Virus record (IMG/VR): IMGVR_UViG_3300032116_000009
From: a virus
Taxonomy: Duplodnaviria; Caudoviricetes
Strand: one strand, 5' to 3'
Length of the DNA: 64,000 bases
A program made the translations under genes and the position numbers. Each line of letters begins with the position of its first letter. The first letter of the stretch is position 1. The notes under the pieces were generated by a model that worked only from the letters and a program-made list of their open reading frames with translations, was not told the DNA's origin and searched no databases. This document shows, piece by piece, positions 18,789-29,180 of this stretch.

Positions 18789-18799
18789 CTAAGAAAAGG

Positions 18800-19597
18800 T
18801 TATGGAGTTGGTTGTTGAGCTTCTGAAGTTCTTCCTAGATATGGATCATAATCCATCAATCTATCCAATTCCAAATCAGAACCTCTAGTTTTCCACAAAT
18901 CAGTCAATCCATTATGACTTCCCCTGTGGAATATTTCAATATGTTCTGGATGAATAGAAGAACCCAGTTCAATTTTATAAAGAAAAATTGGAATAGAAAA
19001 TGTATTACCTGAGTTATAAATTAAATCATCAGCAACAGCTCTAGGTTTAATTTGATAATCAAGTTTATACTTATCTCCACGGCAGTGGAACCTTACGATT
19101 TTTTCCGCATGATGACGAGTAATCATGTAGCAAGCGGTTGAAAAATCATTTACAAATCTTTTGTGTAGATTTACATGCAGAGTTCCTGGACAAATGATAG
19201 CAAGTTGAACTACATCATAATCATACGGAACTCTAGCAAAAAATTGACTCCAAGTAAAACTCCAATGATGGACTGTACTTAGATCGATGTCATCTTCCAT
19301 GACAACACAATATGGGGAATCAGAATTTTCAAGAAAATGTTTGAGTATTTTAAGATGAGATGTTACGCAACCGATTTCTCCAGAACTCATATTTTCTGGA
19401 TAACGGCCATGAATGATGTCACTTAGATCATCATCTCTACCATCGTATGCAGAGATTCTCTCATAGTTTTCAATTTCCCAATACTTAAATTGATCCTCCA
19501 TGTACTCTTTTCTATCTGGTTGACCATCAAGATTCAAGTAATAGACAGGTCCAATTCCCTTAAGTTTGTAAGCAGCTTTATTCTTGTCCAAAGTCAT
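18800..19597 (-). CDS. glycosyltransferase family 25-like
   Basis: YYLNLD..PDR, ISAYDG, GEIGC..SH, MEDD. Confidence 0.9.
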   Translation of the reverse strand: MTLDKNKAAYKLKGIGPVYYLNLDGQPDRKEYMEDQFKYWEIENYERISAYDGRDDDLSDIIHGRYPENMSSGEIGCVTSHLKILKHFLENSDSPYCVVMEDDIDLSTVHHWSFTWSQFFARVPYDYDVVQLAIICPGTLHVNLHKRFVNDFSTACYMITRHHAEKIVRFHCRGDKYKLDYQIKPRAVADDLIYNSGNTFSIPIFLYKIELGSSIHPEHIEIFHRGSHNGLTDLWKTRGSDLELDRLMDYDPYLGRTSEAQQPTP

Positions 19598-19605
19598 TGT
19601 TCAAA

Positions 19606-20460
19606 TCACATTACAATCCAGTTTTCAGGATAAAGATCTTTAGTATCTTTATCGGAATATGCAGGTCCAAACCAATTCTTGGGAGCAACTACTTTACCGG
19701 ACCCGTTTTGCAACCAAGCGCCCCACCAAGACAGTGTTGAGTTAGCGGTGATTCCACCCTTACAGTTAGCCATAATACAAAGGTCAACATAAGGAGTATA
19801 GGATCCATCTGGATATTTTTCTTCAGGAGTAGAAACATAGAATCTATCTGGTTTAAAGAGTTCTTGTTCCATAACCCACTCCGGAGAATCCGAGACAACA
19901 ACAACTTCTTGATCATCTGGGAAAAGTTTTAGAGCTTCTTCATAATATTCCAGAGTTTGTGGAGGATGCATAGAAGAACATTCGGTATAAGCCCACTTAA
20001 ATCCTCTAGCATCAACCAAATTAGGATCACCACGACGAACGTGTAGGAAAATAGGATCTTTAAGTTCTGAAAGAAATCCCGTAACTGGTTCTAAAAGATC
20101 ATCATGGAACGTAAAGTCTTTACGAATATCTTGTTCAATGTGTTTGAAATACTTTTCAGACTGAAAGAATCCATGAATAGAGACATCATTTGGACAAAGT
20201 TGTAGAAGTTCTTCATCAAAATGGAAATGTTTTTCCATGACGATAGGAGCGAATCCACGATCCAAAATATAAAGGTTTGTGGATTTCACACTATCAAGAG
20301 TAAAACAATTAGCTAAACTATAATTATCAACCCTTGGTACTTTATATGGAGGAATACACCAATCATATCCTTTATTAGCAGCTATACCACGAAGAGCTGC
20401 ATATTGAAACATTTGGTTCCCTAGACGACCAATGTTACCCAATTCATTAAACGCTAACAT
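19606..20460 (-). CDS. GT11 alpha-1,2-fucosyltransferase-like
   Basis: GRLGNQMFQYA, GFFQSEKYF, HVRRGD, NSTLSWWGAWL. Confidence 0.92.
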   Translation of the reverse strand: MLAFNELGNIGRLGNQMFQYAALRGIAANKGYDWCIPPYKVPRVDNYSLANCFTLDSVKSTNLYILDRGFAPIVMEKHFHFDEELLQLCPNDVSIHGFFQSEKYFKHIEQDIRKDFTFHDDLLEPVTGFLSELKDPIFLHVRRGDPNLVDARGFKWAYTECSSMHPPQTLEYYEEALKLFPDDQEVVVVSDSPEWVMEQELFKPDRFYVSTPEEKYPDGSYTPYVDLCIMANCKGGITANSTLSWWGAWLQNGSGKVVAPKNWFGPAYSDKDTKDLYPENWIVM

Positions 20461-21268
20461 CTAATTGTTTCCTCCTTTCTGCGATATAAGATTGTTGTTG
20501 ATAATAAGAGAATAGTTTTTGAGAATCCCAAGTTCTAATGTTTTGCCAAAGATTATGATTATCCATAAATTTGGGATTGTGATAATGTGAATTAAAAGTT
20601 CTACCATGTTCAAAGTGGTAGACATCTCTATTTACTCTGCCAACTTTTCGACCAAATGCATTTAGTCTATAGTAAAATTCACAATCTTCTGCACCCCAAG
20701 AAATAAAATTTTCATTCCAGAATCCAATTTCAATCTCAGTTTGTCGTTTAATCATTTGACCCCAACCAATGGAAGAAGCAACTCTAAATTTAGATTCTTC
20801 CAAAACACTAAAATCAAAATTAGAATCTAAAAATTGATTGAAAGTATTTTCAGAATAGTTTACAGCCCACTGATAAACACCACACCCAAATGGATATACT
20901 GCATCTGCAGTTCCATCTTTGATGTATGCATATGCAATTTCGTAACTAGATTTTGGTAATACAATATCTACATCATGATTATAAACGATCTCAGTCTCAG
21001 AAGCAACTAAAAGATCGTTGAGAATTCTAGTTTTATGGAAAAACTTATCATCATTCTCTTCAAAGATATGTGTTAAATTATCAACTGCAACATACTTTTT
21101 AATTACAGGTAGAGCCCTGAACTTAAAATGAGAATGTGTATCGACTTCTTTTATAATTACTTTGGACTCTGGGAAATTTTTTAAGAGATAAGTAACGGAA
21201 GTAATTACATTTTTTAGTCTATCTTCAGACTCAATTCTACATGGTAGAAGAAATGTTAAATCTTTCAT
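20447..21268 (-). CDS. GT2/GT7-like glycosyltransferase
   Basis: DVD (DxD), ENFISWGAEDCEF..R, YHFEH. Confidence 0.85.
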   Translation of the reverse strand: MKDLTFLLPCRIESEDRLKNVITSVTYLLKNFPESKVIIKEVDTHSHFKFRALPVIKKYVAVDNLTHIFEENDDKFFHKTRILNDLLVASETEIVYNHDVDIVLPKSSYEIAYAYIKDGTADAVYPFGCGVYQWAVNYSENTFNQFLDSNFDFSVLEESKFRVASSIGWGQMIKRQTEIEIGFWNENFISWGAEDCEFYYRLNAFGRKVGRVNRDVYHFEHGRTFNSHYHNPKFMDNHNLWQNIRTWDSQKLFSYYQQQSYIAERRKQLDVSV

Positions 21269-22161
21269 GATTCAGCGGGTATTGGAGATGGATCGTTGTG
21301 AATTTTGATCCACCTTTCAGGGATCATGTCTTTCATATTGTAATGAGCGTAAGCAGGCCCAAACCAAGGATCTGGAGCAACGACTTTACCAGAATCTCCT
21401 TGTAACCAAGCTCCCCACCAACTCAGAGAAGAATTAGCAATAATTGCACCTCCACATAGACTCATGAGGCAGAGATCGATGTAGGGGACGGCCGCACCAT
21501 CTCCGAAGGTTTCATAGGAAGAGTCGGAGAAGTGGAACCTATCTCCCTGCAACCAAGATTGACGTTTACACCAATCAATAAGATCTGAAACAACAATCAC
21601 ATTCTTGTCTTCTGGAAACTCTTTTAAGGCTTGAATATAATAATCTTCTTTACAGAGTGGGTGATATTCCTGCACCATTTGATAAGACCACTTCTCACCT
21701 CTCCTACCAGTGAGATTGGGAGAACCACGGCGAACATGAAGAAAAATACAGTTATCTCTTCCACCAAGGCTGTCAACAAATTCTTGACAAGGTTCTAAGT
21801 AGTCTTTTTTGAAAACAAAATCTTCACGAATAGATGAAGCAATTGACTCAAAGTATTTTTCTGTTTGAAAATTACCAGAAAAATTTGTATTATCTTCACA
21901 ATTATTGAAGATCTCTTCATTGAAGTGCATGTCCCTATACTCTACAGTTCTGTAGAAGGGTTCTCCAGTATTCTTACTTAGATCACAATTAGTAAGTTCA
22001 AAGGCATCAAACAACCCATAATTGTCTAAACGATCTGCGTCTGGAGGTGGAATAATCCAATCAAATCCACGATTGGAAGCAAGTCCACGAATAAATGCGT
22101 ATTGAAACATTTGATTTCCGAGGCGCCCCTCATTACCAAGTCCTTTAAATGATACAGCCAT
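21265..22161 (-). CDS. GT11 alpha-1,2-fucosyltransferase-like
   Basis: GRLGNQMFQYA, HVRRG, ANSSLSWWGAWL. Confidence 0.92.
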   Translation of the reverse strand: MAVSFKGLGNEGRLGNQMFQYAFIRGLASNRGFDWIIPPPDADRLDNYGLFDAFELTNCDLSKNTGEPFYRTVEYRDMHFNEEIFNNCEDNTNFSGNFQTEKYFESIASSIREDFVFKKDYLEPCQEFVDSLGGRDNCIFLHVRRGSPNLTGRRGEKWSYQMVQEYHPLCKEDYYIQALKEFPEDKNVIVVSDLIDWCKRQSWLQGDRFHFSDSSYETFGDGAAVPYIDLCLMSLCGGAIIANSSLSWWGAWLQGDSGKVVAPDPWFGPAYAHYNMKDMIPERWIKIHNDPSPIPAES

Positions 22162-23021
22162 TACTTACTCCACTCTTGAATAATCCAACGATCAGGAACA
22201 ATGTCCGAAGTATCTAGGTGAGTCATTGCAGTACCAAACCATTTCTTAGGATCTGGAGCAATTACTTTACCTCGATCATTTTGCAACCATGCTCCCCACC
22301 AGGAGAACGATGAGTTTGCAATGATAGCACCAGAACAAAGACTCATCAGACACAGATCAACCTGCGGTAGAAGAGTGTTTTGCATTTTTCCAGTACCATC
22401 AATAGTACGATATGTATATCTACCATTACTATCATTAAACAAGAAACGATCTTGTTTAAAAAATTCTTGAGACTTACACCACTCCATATCGTCAGTAAAA
22501 ACGAAACAAGGAGTGTCCTCAGGAAATTCTTTCAACGCATCTTCAAAAAATTGTATCGGGAGGATGGGATGATACTGTTCTCTTCCGATATTATCACTCT
22601 GGCGAATATGAAGGAAAATAGGGCTAGAAGGTAAACTATCAATATACTCCTGGCAAGGAGTGAGATAGTCTTCTCTAAATGTGAAATCTTCACGGATTTC
22701 TTTTGCGATGTGACTGAAATATTTTTCAGTTTGGAAATATCCATCAAGACTCACATTGTCTGGACATTCTTCAAAAAACTCTGGAATAAAACAGTGATCA
22801 TTCTCTTGTATGTATTCACCATTAACAAATCCAATGTTGGATTCATTAACATTTGTCAATTTAAATGTTTCAAAGAGACCATAATTATCTTTATGATCAT
22901 AAGTATCTGGAGGAATAACCCAGTCGTATCCTCGTTTTGCAGCAATACCTCTGAGTGCTGCATATTGGAACATCTGATTTCCTAGACGCCCGTTACTTCC
23001 TAGCCTATTATATCCAATCAT
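22161..23021 (-). CDS. GT11 alpha-1,2-fucosyltransferase-like
   Basis: GRLGNQMFQYA, GYFQTEKYF, HIR, ANSSFSWWGAWL. Confidence 0.92.
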   Translation of the reverse strand: MIGYNRLGSNGRLGNQMFQYAALRGIAAKRGYDWVIPPDTYDHKDNYGLFETFKLTNVNESNIGFVNGEYIQENDHCFIPEFFEECPDNVSLDGYFQTEKYFSHIAKEIREDFTFREDYLTPCQEYIDSLPSSPIFLHIRQSDNIGREQYHPILPIQFFEDALKEFPEDTPCFVFTDDMEWCKSQEFFKQDRFLFNDSNGRYTYRTIDGTGKMQNTLLPQVDLCLMSLCSGAIIANSSFSWWGAWLQNDRGKVIAPDPKKWFGTAMTHLDTSDIVPDRWIIQEWSK

Positions 23022-24163
23022 AGTTTAATTGCAAATGTATTAATTGTTTCTGGTGGCTCACCAAAGTGTATTTTATCACCATATAGATTGGTTAACAAGA
23101 CTTCAACCTGTTTAATGATGTGTGGGTTATCGGATACATAGACTTCATATCCAGCTTCTAAAAGATCCAAACAAAGTTTATATTGTTGACTTTCAGTTAA
23201 AATATCAGTCCCTCTCTTATAAGAAATATATTCAAAATGGAATGGGAGATTTTCTGTATTTTTATTAATGAAATAACCTTTCAAGAATTTAGAATGTTCA
23301 TTATTGAAATCATCAGTGGTTGTCCCTAGATTATATTTCAATCCCAGTTTTTCTGCATATTTACCAAAAGCTCTATTGTCCCTAGGTAAACAAGGTCCAC
23401 CAAATCCAAATCCATATTTCAGATATTTACTACCAATTCTAGTGTCGCTAGCAATAGATGAAAGAACTGTCTCAATTTCATCTTCGAGACCAGAAAGAAC
23501 AAGGACTTGTCCTATCATATTTGCAAAACTAATTTTAGTAGTCATATAACAGTTAATTGCAATCTTAACTATTTCCGCAGAAGTAGCTGACATTACAGAA
23601 ATAACTGGTTTATTCACTTGAATTTTTTTATAAATTTGAGATAGAACTTCTAAAACTTCAGAGTTATCTCCACCAAGTAGAACCATATCCGCATGAGTTA
23701 GATCCCTAATAATAGATCCCTGTGCAATGAATTCTGGATTGTAAATAACACTTACACCATAAGACTTAAGTTGTTCTTGGAATCTCGAACAATCTCCAGG
23801 ATTAGTAGTGCATCCAACTACAAGAGTTTTTCCTTGAACATTTTGACTTTCTTGGAAGTCACGAATGACGTTCCATACAGAACTAACATCGTAGGAGCCA
23901 TCATCTAAAGATGGAGTAGCAACTAAAGTAAAAATAATGTCACATTCACTAATGACTTTTTTATTATCAGTAGTCGCTTCTAGATACTTAGCTTGTTTTA
24001 AATGTTCTTGTACAAATGGTTCTGTACTAGAAATAATTTTTTTATTGAGGTTTTCTACATAATCCTCACGAATGTCAGAAACAAGAACATCATATCCTGC
24101 ATTTTCCATTAGAAGTGCAAGACAGATTCCTAGTCTTCCCGCTCCAATTAGTCCGATTTTCAT
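23018..24163 (-). CDS. UDP-glucose/GDP-mannose 6-dehydrogenase family
   Basis: GAGRLG, VATP, NPEF..G, AE.VK..N, GFGFGGPCLPRD. Confidence 0.92.
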   Translation of the reverse strand: MKIGLIGAGRLGICLALLMENAGYDVLVSDIREDYVENLNKKIISSTEPFVQEHLKQAKYLEATTDNKKVISECDIIFTLVATPSLDDGSYDVSSVWNVIRDFQESQNVQGKTLVVGCTTNPGDCSRFQEQLKSYGVSVIYNPEFIAQGSIIRDLTHADMVLLGGDNSEVLEVLSQIYKKIQVNKPVISVMSATSAEIVKIAINCYMTTKISFANMIGQVLVLSGLEDEIETVLSSIASDTRIGSKYLKYGFGFGGPCLPRDNRAFGKYAEKLGLKYNLGTTTDDFNNEHSKFLKGYFINKNTENLPFHFEYISYKRGTDILTESQQYKLCLDLLEAGYEVYVSDNPHIIKQVEVLLTNLYGDKIHFGEPPETINTFAIKL

Positions 24164-24948
24164 AGCTTAAATGTTGGAATAGATTCCATTTTGTGTTTAT
24201 TTTGAATGTGAAACTTTTGATATACATTGATCGCATTTGTTTCTTCCTCATTATGGAACATAGGATCTTCTGACAATCCTTTTTCCATAACCCACTCAAG
24301 TAAAGAGTAAGAAGTTCCAATTTGATCTTCATCTGTTCTACCATCATCCCACAAACCATCAGTGGGTGCTGCAGAAATAATTCTTTCATCAATACCCAGA
24401 TGTTCTCCAAGCATCCATACTTCAGTTTTATAAAGATCTGCAATAGGTGCAATATCTACACCACCGTCCCCATATTTAGTATAAAATCCTACACCATAAT
24501 CTTCAACTTTATTTCCAGTACCAACTACAATACCACCAACAGATCCAGCAATTTGATATAAAGTTACCATACGAACTCTAGATCTTGTATTGGCTTGTGC
24601 AAGTTTATTTGTTGCAAACTGTTCCCCCATATCACTTGCAATGGTTTGCAAAAATGAATCATAAACCTGACTCATATCAGTTTTGATAAACTCAACGTTG
24701 TAGAATTTTTCAGATAACCATATACCATGAGCATCAGAAAGAGATTCTTGATTTTCAAGTTGATTAATAGGCATACCCACAACGTAGGTTTTGATACCAG
24801 TCAAAGCACAAAGAGTAGAAACTACGGAAGAATCAATACCTCCTGAAATTCCTACTACAAGACTTTTAATATTATAATAGATACAGTAATCAGAAATCCA
24901 TTTAACAATACGATCTTCTAAGTCACTATAATCTTTGATTCGATTCAT
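24160..24948 (-). CDS. nadE: NH3-dependent NAD+ synthetase-like
   Basis: GISGGIDSS, N.RSR.RM, GTGNK.E..GFYTKYGDGG.DI.PI.DLYKTEV, PTDGL...DE. Confidence 0.9.
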   Translation of the reverse strand: MNRIKDYSDLEDRIVKWISDYCIYYNIKSLVVGISGGIDSSVVSTLCALTGIKTYVVGMPINQLENQESLSDAHGIWLSEKFYNVEFIKTDMSQVYDSFLQTIASDMGEQFATNKLAQANTRSRVRMVTLYQIAGSVGGIVVGTGNKVEDYGVGFYTKYGDGGVDIAPIADLYKTEVWMLGEHLGIDERIISAAPTDGLWDDGRTDEDQIGTSYSLLEWVMEKGLSEDPMFHNEEETNAINVYQKFHIQNKHKMESIPTFKL

Positions 24949-25724
24949 TGATCTTTTACCTTAGCTAGAATTACAGTATTTTCATAATCTTTAGAAGTAG
25001 TAAACTCAAAACGTTCACTCATTCTATCGGTAAACTTATTATAATAGAAATCGTTAAAGTTGACAAGATTATAAATGATGTAAGCAAACTTAGAATTTGC
25101 AACTAACTTATCATAGTAATTAATTTGAGTATCATAATCACACTCAGATAGAGCATAATTACTAATAAAAAGGTCTACATCTTTTACTTCCTCAAGGTCA
25201 TCACAACTAATGAACTTGCATTTTTTTGCGAGTTCAGGAAAGTTATTGATATATTTTTCTTGCACTTTGACTGCTTCAGGCAAGTCAACAAGAATATACT
25301 CGTCAAAATCACAGACAACACTAAGAGTCTTACAAAGTCCGCCATACCCGCCACCAACTTCTACTACACGACTAATAGGAGACTCACCTAGAAGAGTCGC
25401 CATCTCAAATACATTTTTAATGTATCTAATTGTAGTGGGAGAGATTTTACCCGTTTCTGGATAAGAAAACTTATCTGGAGTACCAATAAGATCGTTTTCT
25501 TTAAAAGCCTCCAAATTTTCAAGTAGTGCATCTGAAGCCATTTCCATGGCTAGTTGTAGATACTCTGAACCTTGACGAGGAGTTACGTGTTCAAGAATAT
25601 TTTTATATCCTTGAAGTGATTTAAATTTTGCAAAAACTTCATCATCTTCAACTGCACTGCGACAAGTTTCAAGATAATCAATTGCAATTTTTTCTTCAGC
25701 TTCCCAGCCCTTATAAGTACTCAT
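24945..25724 (-). CDS. putative sugar O-methyltransferase
   Basis: VEVGGGYGG SAM motif, DLPE, FISNYALSE. Confidence 0.8.
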   Translation of the reverse strand: MSTYKGWEAEEKIAIDYLETCRSAVEDDEVFAKFKSLQGYKNILEHVTPRQGSEYLQLAMEMASDALLENLEAFKENDLIGTPDKFSYPETGKISPTTIRYIKNVFEMATLLGESPISRVVEVGGGYGGLCKTLSVVCDFDEYILVDLPEAVKVQEKYINNFPELAKKCKFISCDDLEEVKDVDLFISNYALSECDYDTQINYYDKLVANSKFAYIIYNLVNFNDFYYNKFTDRMSERFEFTTSKDYENTVILAKVKDQ

Positions 25725-26521
25725 TTCCAGTAAGTTTCGTAGAGGTGATCTTCTGCCACTGGCAGATTGTTGGCACGTTCAAAGTTATCTTTAATCGCAT
25801 CCATTTTAGAATAATAAAGTTCTTCTGTCAATGTAGAAACATCAAAGTTGTCATCCAAGAATATAATACCATCCTCGTTGAAATACTCTGTTACTCCTCT
25901 ACAACCGTAGAAGATGGGGATTGTCCCTGTTGCGAAACAGTCCGTTAGTTTCTCTGTAAAGTATGTATCATAGACGGCATTCTCTACGGCAATAGAGAAC
26001 ATATAATCTCTAAGTCCATCTTCTTTTCTATTAAGATCACGAAATCCACGACCATAAAGATCAACTTGATCCTTGAATTTATCTACAAATTCTAGTCTTT
26101 TACGGTGCCCAGGAACCATAGACTTGTTTGATGAGATCATTGAAACAAGTTTAGTCTTTTTAAATACCTGTCTATCTTCTACCCAAGGAGCTGCGTTTGT
26201 AAGTGCATATTGAAACTTAGGGTACTTCTCACAAAGTTCTTTATCTGGAGAAAGAATACCATCAACTCTAGATGCAACAAACTCATAGTTTGCGAGAATC
26301 CAATCATAAACTCCTTGAATAATTTGTTTGGATTCAAGAAGCCAAATATATTTGGGTGTACTAGAGACATCTTGAAAAATGTCAAGAGATCTCTGATTTA
26401 CATATAGACTTACAGATCCAGAACCATCATAAACCCATTCAGTATACTTGGAAGTATTTTTATCTGAGGTAGAAGGAAGAAGAGAGTCGTTACAATAAAG
26501 ATTAATTTTGAACTTGCTCAT
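25721..26521 (-). CDS. GT10 (alpha-1,3-fucosyltransferase-like) protein
   Basis: K..GL.DY.FSIAVEN....YFTEKL.DCFA.GTIPI..G. Confidence 0.8.
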   Translation of the reverse strand: MSKFKINLYCNDSLLPSTSDKNTSKYTEWVYDGSGSVSLYVNQRSLDIFQDVSSTPKYIWLLESKQIIQGVYDWILANYEFVASRVDGILSPDKELCEKYPKFQYALTNAAPWVEDRQVFKKTKLVSMISSNKSMVPGHRKRLEFVDKFKDQVDLYGRGFRDLNRKEDGLRDYMFSIAVENAVYDTYFTEKLTDCFATGTIPIFYGCRGVTEYFNEDGIIFLDDNFDVSTLTEELYYSKMDAIKDNFERANNLPVAEDHLYETYWK

Positions 26522-27359
26522 TCTTCATTGCCTCAAATACTTTAGCGATACCTTGATCAATTGTCGTTTTCGGAGTCCACCATTTCATTAAGTAAGTATC
26601 TGGTCTATTTCTCTTATCCATTTGAACACTATCTTTTTCTGATGATGGTTGTATTGTCACATCATATCTACCAATCAAATTAAACTGTCCACAAATTATG
26701 TTCGCAACATCAAGGATCTTTGTAGAGTGGAAGCTGGTGATGTGAAGATTGTCTTCAGAAGTAAAATCATTGTAATTTTCCATGATCGTTTCAAGTGCTT
26801 CACAGCAGTCTTCTGCGTATAGAAACTCTCTTTCCTCTTTACCATCAGTAAGCATGTCAATAACACCAGTTTCAAAACCCTTGCGGATGAAGTCCGTAAT
26901 GACATGGGATTTTTCGTGATCTTTTTCAATTCCATAAACATTCCAAAACTTTACGATCAGACCATTCAATGATTTGGTATAGAGTTCTCCAACATTTTTA
27001 AGTACACCATACGGAGAATAACTCATGTTACTCATTTGAGATGATGCAAATACAAACTTCTTATTATATTTTTTAAGAAGTCCAAAAGCATTAGCCATCA
27101 GACGAGTGTTGTTATCAATAAACTGGAAAGTATGTTGATACTTTTTCAGATAACGAGAACCACCGACATCAAATGCAAGGAAGAATACAAAATCAGAATC
27201 AGAAATTCTTTCTTCCAAAAGAGGATTAGGGATGAGCGTCATATCCTCATGAGGATTGTTTACTACGTCAAATTCATAGACATAGTGACCCTTAGAACGC
27301 AAATAATCTGTAAGGTAGGCACCAATTTGCCCACTAGAACCGAGTACTGTAATTTTCAT
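26502..27359 (-). CDS. NAD-dependent epimerase/dehydratase
   Basis: GSSGQIG, ASS, YG..K, NVYG, REF.YAED. Confidence 0.9.
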   Translation of the reverse strand: MKITVLGSSGQIGAYLTDYLRSKGHYVYEFDVVNNPHEDMTLIPNPLLEERISDSDFVFFLAFDVGGSRYLKKYQHTFQFIDNNTRLMANAFGLLKKYNKKFVFASSQMSNMSYSPYGVLKNVGELYTKSLNGLIVKFWNVYGIEKDHEKSHVITDFIRKGFETGVIDMLTDGKEEREFLYAEDCCEALETIMENYNDFTSEDNLHITSFHSTKILDVANIICGQFNLIGRYDVTIQPSSEKDSVQMDKRNRPDTYLMKWWTPKTTIDQGIAKVFEAMKNEQVQN

Positions 27360-27943
27360 CAGACAATTGTGATTTCGTGTGCATTTCCAAAGTTGACAAT
27401 ACCAGTACCACTCATATGAGCAATCTCAGTAACATCAAACTTTTCTTCAGGAATTTCATCCCACATTAGTTGAATATCAGGCCAGTCAGGTCCAATATCA
27501 TCATGAATCATGATACCTTTCCAACCTTTATCACGTAACCAGTCCATCATGACACGTTCTTGTGAACCATCATGTGGATCTACATCGATCATTACAATAG
27601 AAACATTATCCCAGTCGATTGTATCATCTTGCATAAAGTCCTGAATCTTCCAAGTAATATTTTCTCTTTTAATATTACTTGCACCTTGTTCAACTAGATC
27701 ATAACTAATTACCTTATTGGTTGGATTATATGAAAGTGCAAGACCAGATCCTCCAGTACGAGTTCCAATATCTAAGATAGTAGTTTTATTAAAAAATGTA
27801 GATAAGTAAGCATAAAGACGATACTCACTTTGACCTGCAGGGAGCCAATCATTTTGATTTAGAGACATATCTCTAAGATGACTAACATCCAGATTCTTTA
27901 CATGTTCTTTAATTATTTCAATTTTCATTATTCTTCTCAGCAA
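27359..27943 (-). CDS. class I SAM-dependent methyltransferase
   Basis: LDIGT..GGS, IDVDPH, HDDI. Confidence 0.75.
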   Translation of the reverse strand: MLRRIMKIEIIKEHVKNLDVSHLRDMSLNQNDWLPAGQSEYRLYAYLSTFFNKTTILDIGTRTGGSGLALSYNPTNKVISYDLVEQGASNIKRENITWKIQDFMQDDTIDWDNVSIVMIDVDPHDGSQERVMMDWLRDKGWKGIMIHDDIGPDWPDIQLMWDEIPEEKFDVTEIAHMSGTGIVNFGNAHEITIV

Positions 27944-28976
27944 TTTGTTCAGAAATCCATGCGTATGTTTTACGAATACCTTCTTCTAGAGTCTGTGAAT
28001 AATCCCATCCTAGTTCCCTACGAACTACATCATTATTAGAATTACGACCACGGACACCAAGGGGACCATCAATATGATTCTTCTCTACTGTTTTACCTGA
28101 TACTTTAGCCGCAGTATCCACAAGTTGATTAATGGTAACCATTTCTTCAGAACCAATATTTACAGGTCCAATAAAATCACTATCCATTAGTCTTCTAGAC
28201 GCTTCAATGCATTCATCAATGTACAAGAAGGAACGAGTTTGTAGGCCATCTCCCCACACCTCGATGGATCCACCTTCTTTCGGGAGGTAAGCGACTTTAC
28301 GGCAGATTGCAGCTGGAGCTTTTTCTCTTCCACCTTCCCAGGTTCCTTCTGGGCCGAAGATGTTGTGATAACGAGTAACACGAACAGGAATACCGTAATT
28401 ACGGTGATAAGCGAAGTAAAGTCTCTCCGAGAATAATTTTTCCCATCCATATTCAGAATCCGGATTAGCAGGATAAGCAGACTCTTCACGACAATCTGGA
28501 TTGTCAGGATCTAGTTGATTGTGCTCTGGATACATGCAAGCAGAACCAGAGTAGAAAATTTTAGTTTTAGTAGTGCCAAGTTTTTCATTCATCTGACGTT
28601 GCATTTCAAGAACGTTCAGATTAATAGTAACAGAATTATGCATAATATCTGCATCGTTCTCGCCAGTGAAAACGAATCCAGCACCACCCATATCAGCAGC
28701 AAACTGATAGATCTCATCAAATGACTGAATATAACGATAAGGAACTGACTGATAAAAGTTTCCCCTATCTCCTTTATATTCAAGGACACGACGAACAAAA
28801 TCTACATCACGCAGATCCCCTTGAATAAATTCGTTTGCTTCAGTTGGAGAATACTCAGGATACTTAAGGTCTACACCACGAACCCAGTAACCTTCGGAAC
28901 GAAGTCTACGAACCATATGACTTCCAATAAAGCCACCGGCACCAAGCACAAGTGCCTTTTTAATATATTGACTCAT
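27918..28976 (-). CDS. GDP-mannose 3,5-epimerase-like SDR (start moved to MSQYIKK)
   Basis: GAGGFIGSH, AADMGG.GF, SACMYP, YGWEKL, HNIFGP.G.W.GGREKAPAA.CRK as in plant GME. Confidence 0.85.
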   Translation of the reverse strand: MSQYIKKALVLGAGGFIGSHMVRRLRSEGYWVRGVDLKYPEYSPTEANEFIQGDLRDVDFVRRVLEYKGDRGNFYQSVPYRYIQSFDEIYQFAADMGGAGFVFTGENDADIMHNSVTINLNVLEMQRQMNEKLGTTKTKIFYSGSACMYPEHNQLDPDNPDCREESAYPANPDSEYGWEKLFSERLYFAYHRNYGIPVRVTRYHNIFGPEGTWEGGREKAPAAICRKVAYLPKEGGSIEVWGDGLQTRSFLYIDECIEASRRLMDSDFIGPVNIGSEEMVTINQLVDTAAKVSGKTVEKNHIDGPLGVRGRNSNNDVVRRELGWDYSQTLEEGIRKTYAWISEQIAEKNNEN

Positions 28977-29018
28977 TTTTTGATCAAAAATAATAATCTC
29001 AATAGTATATATTATACT

Positions 29019-29048
29019 AAAAAAGGTGGGTTTATGCAACCCACCTTT
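29019..29048 (-). terminator. intrinsic terminator inside the leader of the glycan operon
   Basis: AAAGGTGGGTT-GCAT-AAACCCACCTTTTTT. Confidence 0.75.
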
Positions 29049-29051
29049 GTA

Positions 29052-29180
29052 ACTCAGGCTCGCCACCTATTCTTTTTGACGAACGGAAAAATAGGAAACC
29101 GTTGCAGATGCTCCGCACCAGTTGGCATATTTAAAGACCCTTACCAACGGGGTCAGAATGGGTCATTGACTCCACCACCT
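29052..29180 (-). ncRNA. structured leader resembling the wcaG RNA motif
   Basis: GGTGCGGA...GGTTTC...GGTGGCGAGC upstream of an NDP-sugar epimerase; identity from recall. Confidence 0.5.

Noticed and set aside
28977-29066. N-terminal extension of the epimerase ORF (similar extensions in psbA, hli, peroxiredoxin and paralogue 4)
   Set aside because: Extensions cross terminators, promoters or upstream genes; downstream ATGs match family starts
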